From: Anthoceros angustus
Lineage: Eukaryota; Plantae; Anthocerotophyta
Assembly (NCBI GenBank): GCA_010909165.1
Contig: VJWM01000025.1
Location: 2,356,001 to 2,420,000, forward strand
Length of the DNA stretch: 64,000 nucleotides
Direction of reading: 5' to 3'
This document shows positions 48,201 through 57,792 of this stretch, in pieces. The position numbers and the translations under genes are program-made. How positions within the stretch are numbered: the stretch's first letter is position 1; the number at the start of each line of letters is the position of its first letter. The notes below the pieces were generated by a model. That model saw only the letters and a program-made list of their open reading frames with translations, did not search any database and was not told where the DNA came from.

Positions 48201-49717
48201 GGCAAGATTTCCTAGCTATGTATGATGTGACTCTCAAGTATAAACCGAAAAGAGAATAAGGTTGCGGATGCTTGAGTCGCAAAAGAGTCGAAGTAAAGGC
48301 AATGGCAATCTTGGTTGAACCTATGGACACTCACAACAGATCAAGGAAGCATATCTGCAGGATCCGGATGTTCGGATCGGATTAATGGAATAGAGCGAGA
48401 AAGGAAGCAAGTTCAAATTGAGGGATGGTTTGTTGATATACAAAGCAGAGGAGGATTGTGATCCCAAATTCTTGAGTTGAAGAGCAAATTGCTTCGAATG
48501 TCATGATGTGCCAAGTGCAGTCACCGTGGAATTGACCCCACTTATGAGAAGCTAAGGAAGGCTTTTCTTGGCCGAATGTATCAGATACGATGGATTATGT
48601 CAAGGCATGTGTTGTTTGTCAGCAAGATAAGGTGGAGCAAGCTAAACCAAGAGGTTTGCTACACTACCTATTCCAAGTGGACCTTGGAAGAGTATCTCTA
48701 TGGATTTTATCATGCCTTTGCCACCCGAATGGTTGTACAGCTATCATGATGGTGGATAGATTCACCAAACAAGCACATTTCATCCCTACAAAGCGGTGGC
48801 GACAGGTAGCCACTTGTTTAAGAAGTATATATACAAGTACCATGGCTTACCTATGCAGTTGTGAGTGACAGGATCCAAGGTTCACAGAATTTTGGCGGCA
48901 TTTGATGAAATGCTTGAATGTGGAATTATGTATGAGCACTTTCCATCCGGATCGATGGCTCAACGAGCGAGTCAACCGAATCCAAGAAGAATACTTAAGG
49001 CATTATGTGCATTGATCGGAGGATTGGGTGATCATCTAGACGATGCAATTTTGTTATAACAACACGCACTCTCTTGGATGTAGTCCTTTTGAGATGGGAG
49101 GAAATTCAACGGATGTGGTATCCATGCTAAATGCTGAAGTTTTCGATACTACCACTAGAGATCCACGCCGATTCATTGAGCGGTTGAAGGCTAGGCATGA
49201 GATTGCCAAAGGAATTTTAGCCAAGGCTCAAGCACGTCGGAAGAAATATCTTTGATAGGCACGGAGAAAGCTCTTCAACGTTGGGGATAAAGTATGGGTG
49301 AAATTGAAGCATTTCCCATTACCTCAAGGATTAACTCTTAAGTTAAGGCCAAGATATGGTGGTCCATTTGTAGTCTTGAAGCGCATTGGAGAAGTGGCTT
49401 ACAAGTTACATCTGAATGGATTTTTGCACACAATGTGTTTCATGTATCACTCGAAACCATTTGTGCTGTGCAAAGAGAAAGAAGACATGGACAAGAAGAA
49501 TGCAGTGTTCTCGTGCGGCATAATCAAGGATCGGAAATTGAGGAATTCCTTGCAGAGAGTAGCGTGCCTACAAAGCGTGGAATCGTACCACGATATGGTA
49601 AAGTTGCGTGGGATCTCGGATCCGGTTTGGGTAACGTTAGAGGATATTCGAGAAAGGATCTGGATGATCTCTCGTCGTTGGCTATCACGAGACGGTGATT
49701 CTTTTCGATGGGGAGAA

Positions 49718-50299
49718 AGTGAGCCTTGCATGAGAAGCATGCAACCACGGATCTAGTTAGTAAGTTGTAAGTAGTGGTGGTAAGACTTAGCTTAGGGCTT
49801 AAGGAAGAAAGTCGCTTTTAGCGATTACTTTGGAAATGATGTAAGCCTCCTATATAAGGAGATGAGGCTAGCCCTAGAGATATCTTGTGATCCTAGCATG
49901 GGAGCTACACTCTTGAGGATAGGACTTTGGAGCCTAAAGGCCTTGGGAGCCTAGAGTGTGAGCATGTCTAGAAGGATCCTAGCACTTGGGAGCTACACTC
50001 TTGTGAGGATAGGACTTTGGTGCCTAGAGGCCTTGGGAGCCTAGAGTGTGAGCGTGCTAGAGGAGGCTGTTGAGGAGGAGATCGGGGAGAGGCTAAGCTC
50101 CTAGCTTAGGCAAAGATGGGGAGCTCTCTGATCTCTCATGTATTCTTGTTGACTCTTCTTTGGAATAAATAGCAGCGGATGTCTTGTGAGTCGTCCGTGG
50201 AAGGACGGCGGGCTACTTGGAGGCCTAGTGCTGGTGTCTGGTGATGTTTTTGTCACTAACTGCGTGACTGCCCCACCTCGCTGAAAAGGGGGTGTTACT
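49718..50299 (+). repeat. 3' LTR (582 bp), AGT...GTTACT
   Basis: Directly follows the PPT and differs from the 5' LTR mainly by small indels. Confidence 0.93.
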
Positions 50300-50497
50300 T
50301 GTATGGCCAAAGAAAACGGGAGATATTTATGGCTGAAGTGCAATAGATGATTTTGATTGTAGTAAACAAATAACAGGGCCTACACCTAACTCTTAAACTC
50401 ATAGATGATTTTGATTGTACACATGATCATTGAAATCATGGATGCTGCGCATATAATCATTTGAATTATTGTGCATATGCTTGTAAGCTTCATATGC

Positions 50498-50623
50498 TTA
50501 TAATCGTGAGGACTATTATGTGATTCATAGGTATTGCGGTTATAATCATGAGGACTATTATGTGATTCATAGGTATTGCGGTTATAATCATGAGGACTAT
50601 TATGTGATTCATGGGTATTGCGG
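50498..50623. repeat. Minisatellite, 3 x 42 bp
   Basis: TTATAATCATGAGGACTATTATGTGATTCATAGGTATTGCGG at 50498, 50540 and 50582, with single substitutions. Confidence 0.97.
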
Positions 50624-50883
50624 ATGAATGTAGTCTCTGTTCAATATCCAGGGAATACTTTTCCACTCCCAGGGCAAAATAGTTTCTCCACGAATGAAAC
50701 GATCAACGCCCAGTAAGAAGGTGCAATCAAGAACCAGCCCACGTGAAACAAACAGAATTCCAATGATGTTTCATCGATGCTAATAGCACGCACCTTGTTG
50801 AGAAGTCCCACCCCCAATGTAGGTGGTCTCACATAGCCCTTATGTCGGAGAAGGGATGGATGTCATTTTCCACCTCATTGGTA

Positions 50884-53800
50884 TCAAGTCTGCAGGTGCA
50901 AACTGCCCTGCATTCTCAGCTTTGCCCTTAGCTCGTTTAACAATTCATACAGTACTGGTTCTTGTTGATGCCTGCTGTCTCGCACAACAAATGTGTGGAC
51001 TTGCTGCTCATGCTCAATCCAGCTATGGCCAGGCATTTTCCAAGCACCCGCAGTCTTTCTTTGTTCCTCTGTTTTCTTTGCACACTTCCACATGCCAGCC
51101 TGAGCATAGATATTTGACATGAGGAGATAAGCTGCAGCTTGCTTTGGCTCTAATTCCACTGCACTGTTAAACGCACGTTTTCCCAGTTCTAGATTACCAT
51201 GTTTCCGACAGGCACCTAGCAAGCACAACCACAGTGGCAGATCAGGCTGTAGAGGCATCTGTGAAAGGAATTCCTCTGCCTTGCTGAAGTGTCCCGCTCG
51301 ACTAACAAGGTCGATCACACAAGCATAATGTTCCAGCTCTGGGGGAATGCCATGATCCCTGTCCATACTCTCAAAGTACTCCAGACCTTCGTCTACCAGG
51401 CCTGCATGGTTGCATGCAGATAGAAGTGTCAAAAATGTGACTCTATTTGGTTTGACACCAGCCGAACACATATCATTGTAGCACTGCATAGTCATCTTCC
51501 CACCCCCTTGCCGGGCATACCCAGCAATTAGTGAAGTCCATGCGACCACATCTGGGGTGGGAAGTAAGTCAAAGACATTCTGAGCTGCCAGCACGTTCCC
51601 GCATTTGCCATAGGCATGAATCAAACTGGTAGCCACTGAACGACTGCGCTCCAATCCTTTTTGAACAATGGCCTCGTGGGCCTGCATGCAAATGTCCAGT
51701 GCCCCAATATTGCTGCAAGCTTCCAGGACAGCAACAAATGTAGCCTCATGGAACTGCACACCTTGGGCTTGCATCTGACCATATAGCTGCACAGCTTTTT
51801 CTCCATGATCCTGAGCATAAGCAGCAATCATAGCTGTCCACGACACTGTGCAGTGCTGGGAAATTTTGTTGAAAACCAGTTCTGCATCTGGGATGCTTCC
51901 ACATTTTGCATATACATGTATCAAACTACTACCAACAAAAACATCCGTTTCCAAACCAATGCTCACTGCATCACCGTGTAAGTGTTGCACTTTCTGAAGT
52001 GATTGAACCTTGACATATTGGCCACTTACGATGGCACTTTTCTCATCTTGTGCAATGATGCTGCATGCTTGAAGGGCGCTGACAAAGGTATAAGCATTTG
52101 GAACAGCCCCTTCGTCTTTCATTTGTTGAAACATTTGCAAGCCCATCTCACCTTGGCCCTGCTCAGCATAAGCAGCAATCAGGGAAGTCCATGACACAGT
52201 ATCATGCTGGCAAAATGTGTTGAACACCGTCTGTGCATCAACGATGCTCCCACACTTTGCGTACATACCTATCAAAGCACTACCAACAAAGATGTCTGAC
52301 TCAAAATGCTTCACAGCGGCAGCGTGTATCTCCTTCCCCATTTGCAGTGACGATATCTTCACATCTTGCCCATTCACGCGAGCACTTTCCTCCTGTTCTG
52401 TGAGTGTAGCACAGGCTTCAATTGTGCTCACAAACGTCCTGGCATCCATGTAGATGCCCTCCTGTTGCATCTGCTGGTACACTTCCAGGGCCTTTCCTCC
52501 TTGACGCTGTTGAACAAATGCTGAAAGCATTGCATTCCACATGATTGCATCACGATGGTGACATTGGAGGAACACCTCTTCAGCATCCTCTATGCTGCCA
52601 CACACTGCATAAGTGCTTACAAGAGTGCTAGCAACAAAAAGATCAGATGCAAAACCCATGCAGGCCGCTTGAGCATGTAGTTCTTTAGATCTTTGCAGTG
52701 AATAAACTTTCAGATTTTGTCCATCCACTAATGCACCTTCCTCCTTCTGTGCAACAATGTAACATGCTTGGAGAGTGTTGACAAATGTCTGTGCATCTGG
52801 CATCACACCTTTGTCTTGCATGTGACAATAGAGCTGTATCCCTACTTCTCCGTGTCCCTGCTGAATATACGCTGCAATCAGGGCTGTCCAAGAAATCACA
52901 TCAGGCTGGGACAGCCTATCGAACACCTGCTGTGCATCCATTACGCTCCCACACTTCGCATACATACTGACTGTACTATTGTTGATGAATTCATCAGCTT
53001 CAAAACCCCTGAGAGTCAGTGCAGCATGGAGTTCTTTTCCCTTGTGAAGGGACTCCATCTTGACATATTGGCCACCCACAAGAGTGCTCTGCCCCATTTC
53101 TGCAGTCATCCCACAAGCTTGGATAGCACTGAGAAAGGTCAGTCCATTTGGTATGACTTCATCTTGCATCACCGAGAATATATGCAACACTTTCTCGCCT
53201 TGGCCCTGCTGGGCATATGCAGACAGCATTGAGTTCCAAGACACTAAATCACGCCGTGGCAATCTGTCAAACATCTCCTCTGCATCATGGATGCTCCCAC
53301 ATTTTGCATACATATTGACCAACGTGTTACCAACAAAAAGATCCAGATCAAGGTCTTCCTTGAGAGCTTCTGCATGTATTTCCTTCCCCTTCCGCAACGA
53401 TTCAACCTTCAGATTTTGCCCATCCACATATGTCGATACCTCCTGTTGTGCAAGGGCGCTACAGGCTTGAAGTGTGCTTACGAAAGTCCAAGCATCTGGT
53501 GGGACACATTCCTCTTGCATCTGACAGAAAATCTGCAAGGCCTTTTCCCCTTGCTCCTGCTGAGCATATGCTGATATTAGGGCAGTCCATGACACCACAT
53601 CACGCTGATGCAGTCTATCAAACACCTGCTGCGCATCAATGATGCTCCCGCATTTTGCATACATACTCACCAGAGCACTGCCAACAAACACGTCCGACTC
53701 AAAACCTTTCCAAGCAGCAATAGCATGTAATTCCTTACCTTTCTGCAGAGATTCAACCTTGACACTCTGGATGTCCTTAAGCGCAATTCCCTCCCTATCT

Positions 53801-55428
53801 GCAAGGGCGCCACATGCCTGGAGAAGTGAGACCAGAGTCCGGGCATCAGGCTCGAGGCCCTGCTCTTGCATTTGCTGATATATCTGCAACGCCTGTTCGC
53901 AATGATCTTGCTGAGCATATGCTGCAAGCATCACATTCCACGACACTGTATTACGCTGGGACAATCTATTAAACACGAATTCTGCATCCATAATGCTCCC
54001 ACATTTTGCATACATGCCAATCAAAGAGTTGTTGACAAACACGTTGGATGCAGATTTAGTAGCTCCTGCGTGTATCTCCTTCCCCAACCGCAGGGTCTCC
54101 ACCTTAAGTTTCAGACCATCCACCAACCAACATTCCTCTCCTTCAGCAAGCATGCCACACGCTTGGACAGCACTGACAAAGGTTCGAGCATCTGGTTCAA
54201 CCGTGTTTCCAGACATTTGCCGAAACACGTGCAAGGCCCTTCCTCCTTGCTCCTGTTTAGTGTAAGCTGCAAGCATTGCATTCCACGATGCCACATCAGG
54301 CTGGGGCAAGCTATCAAACACCCTCTGTGCATCTACCATGCTTCCACACTTGGCATACATACTGACTAACGTATTGCCAACAAAGAGATTTGACTCGAAC
54401 CCCCTCTGCACAGCTTCAGCATGTATAGCCTTTCCCCTTTGCAGTGACTGAACCTTGACATTCTGTCCATCAACAAAAGCAATGGCCTCCAGTTCTGCAA
54501 TGCTCCCACATGCTTGTAGCACGCTCACGAAGCTTCTGGCATCTGGCTCGACGCCCTCCTCCTGCATCTGTAGGTAAAGCTCCAAAGCCTTTCCTCCTAG
54601 ATTCTGCTGCGCATATGCTGCAAGCATAGCATTCCACACAACATGATCCCGCTTCGGCAACCCATCAAATACCTGTAGCGCATACATGATGCTTCCAAAC
54701 TTTGCGTACATGCTAACAAGCATGCTCCCGACAAAGGCGTCCGAGTGGAACCCATGTCTCCAAACCTCTTTCTGTACCCACTTGAGGTCATCCATGGTTT
54801 TGCATGCCTTGAGCAAGCAGAGGAAAGTATACCCATTCGGCTGGACATCTTCATCCCGCATTCGCTCATAGCATGCCAGAGCTTCCTTACATTGTCCAAA
54901 TCTGCAATAGCCTGAAATAATGGCTGACCAGGAGACAACAGTTCGGTGAGACAACCTTCCAAACAGGTGGAGCCCATCTGCAAGACCCCCGCACTTCACC
55001 AGAGCGCTCACCAGAGTCTCTCCCAGAATTCCGTCTGACTCCAACCCATGATGTACAAGCTGAGCATGCAGCCACTTGGCCTCAGCAAGGGCCTTATGTT
55101 TGATGCAAACTTGCAATATCTGCTGATACAGGTGCACGGAAGGCAGAATGCCCTGCTTGTTTAAGCGGCGGAGCGCAAGAAGCGCCTTGTCCAGCCGTCC
55201 CTGCTTGCATAGTCTCTCTATTCCTCCTGCTTCCCGGGACGAAATTGAAGGCCTGCCAATACATTCCAATTCCGCATTCTCGCTGCCTGCATCTTCCTGG
55301 GGCCCAATGGCCACAGCCCCCAGCTCAGAAGCGTAAGAAGCTGGAGCGTGAAACCCAGTGACTCGTAGCAGTCTTGTCTGCAGCAGCCATGACTCCTCAA
55401 CCGCGCACCGACTTGCAAGGACTTTCAT
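50884..55428 (-). CDS. Very long PLS-class PPR protein (1514 aa), E/E+ without DYW
   Basis: Uninterrupted ORF with 11 Y-x-K-C-G-type motifs, eight extended L motifs (V.GQ.VKV.SL), and an E/E+ tail (WLCLLGACRKHGNL..AAYLLMSNIY..AWKMPGHSWIE). Confidence 0.96.
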   Translation of the reverse strand: MKVLASRCAVEESWLLQTRLLRVTGFHAPASYASELGAVAIGPQEDAGSENAELECIGRPSISSREAGGIERLCKQGRLDKALLALRRLNKQGILPSVHLYQQILQVCIKHKALAEAKWLHAQLVHHGLESDGILGETLVSALVKCGGLADGLHLFGRLSHRTVVSWSAIISGYCRFGQCKEALACYERMRDEDVQPNGYTFLCLLKACKTMDDLKWVQKEVWRHGFHSDAFVGSMLVSMYAKFGSIMYALQVFDGLPKRDHVVWNAMLAAYAQQNLGGKALELYLQMQEEGVEPDARSFVSVLQACGSIAELEAIAFVDGQNVKVQSLQRGKAIHAEAVQRGFESNLFVGNTLVSMYAKCGSMVDAQRVFDSLPQPDVASWNAMLAAYTKQEQGGRALHVFRQMSGNTVEPDARTFVSAVQACGMLAEGEECWLVDGLKLKVETLRLGKEIHAGATKSASNVFVNNSLIGMYAKCGSIMDAEFVFNRLSQRNTVSWNVMLAAYAQQDHCEQALQIYQQMQEQGLEPDARTLVSLLQACGALADREGIALKDIQSVKVESLQKGKELHAIAAWKGFESDVFVGSALVSMYAKCGSIIDAQQVFDRLHQRDVVSWTALISAYAQQEQGEKALQIFCQMQEECVPPDAWTFVSTLQACSALAQQEVSTYVDGQNLKVESLRKGKEIHAEALKEDLDLDLFVGNTLVNMYAKCGSIHDAEEMFDRLPRRDLVSWNSMLSAYAQQGQGEKVLHIFSVMQDEVIPNGLTFLSAIQACGMTAEMGQSTLVGGQYVKMESLHKGKELHAALTLRGFEADEFINNSTVSMYAKCGSVMDAQQVFDRLSQPDVISWTALIAAYIQQGHGEVGIQLYCHMQDKGVMPDAQTFVNTLQACYIVAQKEEGALVDGQNLKVYSLQRSKELHAQAACMGFASDLFVASTLVSTYAVCGSIEDAEEVFLQCHHRDAIMWNAMLSAFVQQRQGGKALEVYQQMQQEGIYMDARTFVSTIEACATLTEQEESARVNGQDVKISSLQMGKEIHAAAVKHFESDIFVGSALIGMYAKCGSIVDAQTVFNTFCQHDTVSWTSLIAAYAEQGQGEMGLQMFQQMKDEGAVPNAYTFVSALQACSIIAQDEKSAIVSGQYVKVQSLQKVQHLHGDAVSIGLETDVFVGSSLIHVYAKCGSIPDAELVFNKISQHCTVSWTAMIAAYAQDHGEKAVQLYGQMQAQGVQFHEATFVAVLEACSNIGALDICMQAHEAIVQKGLERSRSVATSLIHAYGKCGNVLAAQNVFDLLPTPDVVAWTSLIAGYARQGGGKMTMQCYNDMCSAGVKPNRVTFLTLLSACNHAGLVDEGLEYFESMDRDHGIPPELEHYACVIDLVSRAGHFSKAEEFLSQMPLQPDLPLWLCLLGACRKHGNLELGKRAFNSAVELEPKQAAAYLLMSNIYAQAGMWKCAKKTEEQRKTAGAWKMPGHSWIEHEQQVHTFVVRDSRHQQEPVLYELLNELRAKLRMQGSLHLQT

Positions 55429-55611
55429 TCCTCCCTTGCATCGCCTCTAAGGCCCTGCCGACCCGCTTCCAAACACGAGAGCTTACATGGCAGACAAATT
55501 TTCTGCTAACGTTTCTGAAATAGAGATGTCACCGCCGGTGGAGCTGCCACTGCTGCTGTTGCTGCCAAATTTAGTTGCTCCGGATTCTGGCATTGTGGTG
55601 ATTGAGGAGCA

Positions 55612-57135
55612 GTGGCTAGGGATCTCGTCAATCTGTGCGCAGCCCGGGGTGGGGAACAGGGTGTCGATGAAGCAAGCCCCTCGGAAGAATGGCGACGATC
55701 CTGTATTCCGACAGACCGGTGCCATCCAGCTTCTCCTACAGAAGGAAGTGTTCCGAAGAATCGGCAGGAGCTCTCGTGGCAGCAGTTCTTCTTGGATCCT
55801 ACAGAATCGTTGGACAGCAGGCAGAATACGAGGAGCATCGGGCATCCCTATTTCAGGTACAAGACGCCGAAGGAGTCCCTGTTGCTGACTAGGAGGGCTG
55901 CTGGACAGAGAGTACGTTCTGGATCTGCAGCGGCAATGGGTGCTAGAAATGATGCTAGGTCTGCAAACTGTGAGTTGGAAAACGACGTTGAGTCCATGTG
56001 CAAACTTTTTGAGGAGGGAAGTCTCTAGGGGGCTGTGGAAGTCTGGACCTCCTAGTGCAGCGACCATGTCATGTGAGGGAATCTGTCTTCTATCTTGTCC
56101 TGCAGAGGTGCATGGTGGATGTGAATGGCCGAGATCATTCTCTTGCTGTCACACGTGTGTACGAGTTAAACGCATTCCTGGCCAAATCACGTCATTGGCA
56201 TGTATGCCTCTCACAGGAGGCTGGAGGAAGCCATGGAGGTGTTCACCAAGGTGGCTTTGTCAAATGATTACACTTGCAACTTCATCTTAGACCATATTGG
56301 GCATGGAGAGCCCGAGAAAGCCATAGACCTGTATCGATAGATGCGAGATCCGGCTGTGAAGCCGACGAACCAAAGTTTGCAGCAGTGCTTAATACTTGTG
56401 CCACTGCTGATAATCTGCCTGCAGGAAGGAGGAGGTTCTTGCTGATATTCCGGCAAGTGATGTCCAGCCTGATTTGTTTCTCGGCAACAGCTTGGTGAAA
56501 ATGTATCCAAAATGGGGGAGCTGAAGGAGATGCTCGAAGCGTGTTTGATGCATTGCCCATAAGAGATGCGGTGACCTGGAAACTCCTGACTGTAGGATAT
56601 GCATAGATGCACAGCAGGGGCTGGGTCAGGAAGCTCTTGATCCTTATGCAAGCATGCAATTGGATGCAGACCGTCGTCTTGCAGACCGTGCACGTCCTTG
56701 CTGAGTGCGTGCAAAGTCCACCCTAAACCCTAAACCACACAGCGAGGGAGGCAATGCTCTGAGCACTGGTGGAACTACTACCTGAATGCACAACTGCACA
56801 TGTTCTCTTGGGTAGCATCTATGCAAACTAATGCGGGCAGATGGAAGGATGTAGATGACGTAGAAAGCTAAGAAGTCTACAGGTGTTCAGAAGCGCACAA
56901 GGTTGAGAGAGGAAGGAGGCCGAGTGCCTCAACAGAGCTGGTGCCCGAGCAGGAGAAGGAAGAAGCTTTATGCGGCCATGATGCCTTGGCGTATGACCAT
57001 CTCAATACCCCCGAGGTGCTCGATCTCCGCATGTGCAACGACTGCTACAGGAGCACGGTGATTCTGTCACGATCTGAATAGATCGAGACAGAATAGAGAT
57101 AGATCGAGATCCACGCCGAGTACAGTGCTTGCTGA
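55612..57135 (+). pseudogene. PPR pseudogene with an E motif and a DYW:KP-type relic
   Basis: HGEPEKAIDLYR*MR, QPDLFLGNSLVKMY, DARSVFDALPIRDAVTW, TAHVLLGSIYAN, then RLREEGGRVPQ..EQEKEEALCGH-DALAYDHLNTPE..LRMCNDCYRSTVILSRSE* (56903-57081). Many stops and frameshifts; the 5' limit is uncertain. Confidence 0.8.
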
Positions 57136-57792
57136 TAGCTCTTACGCTTTTGCTATACTTATTCAGCATCAGGGTGTTCGGTGGGGTTGAGCTCAGACAT
57201 CCCGCCGCCTAGATTCCGACATCCTGAAGGGAGGGTGTCATGTGAAAACTGATAGGTGGCTGGAAAATCTCGCCAGGTGCGGCAACATGAAGCCACAAAC
57301 GACAGTGAAATTAGGAGACTATGAGACATTTATTCAGTCCACTTGCAAGGACTGACAAACAATGAGAGTCACCTAACAAGCAAATCCGCAATGATCTGCA
57401 TTCCAAAATAAAATAATGACTAGGGAACGCCTAATGTGCGACTCCCCATCCTAAAGCTACATATGTATGCACATAGAGCCAAGAATACAATGAAGATACA
57501 CTGCTGTGCTTGAAATGGCACGTTTCAAAGCCCGAAATCACTTAATATACAAAAGCTCAACACCTCCGCGGAACGATCTGTCCACCCTGTATCCAGAGCA
57601 GAACAATCAGTGTTATACTTTCCATGACCGCAGCGTATCAAACTCAAGGCAAGGCTGTCAATTGTTTCAAATATGTCTCAGACCTAAGAGTCAAGGCATT
57701 CCCCTCTCCCCTCCAAGATTGATGCCCTGCGCACGGTCCCCATGCTCGTCGTCACAAATTGGGTGTTGCAAACAGCACCACATTTCACCTGA

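Larger units (their letters stand above)
44710..50299 (+). mobile_element. Full-length Ty3/Gypsy LTR retrotransposon, chromovirus-type (heavily frameshifted)
   Basis: Paired LTRs, a 5-bp TSD TGTAT (44705-44709 and 50300-50304), a degenerate iMet PBS (TGTATCGAGC at 45282) and a PPT (GGGGAGAA at 49710-49717). Internal order is gag, protease, RT ([23 protein letters not shown]), RNase H, integrase (LRPRYGGPF..AYKL), then a chromodomain-like tail. Confidence 0.95.

Noticed and set aside
50641-50883. Frameshifted DYW domain after the stop of the 1514-aa PPR
   Set aside because: The downstream translations I checked show no HxE or CxxC signature.
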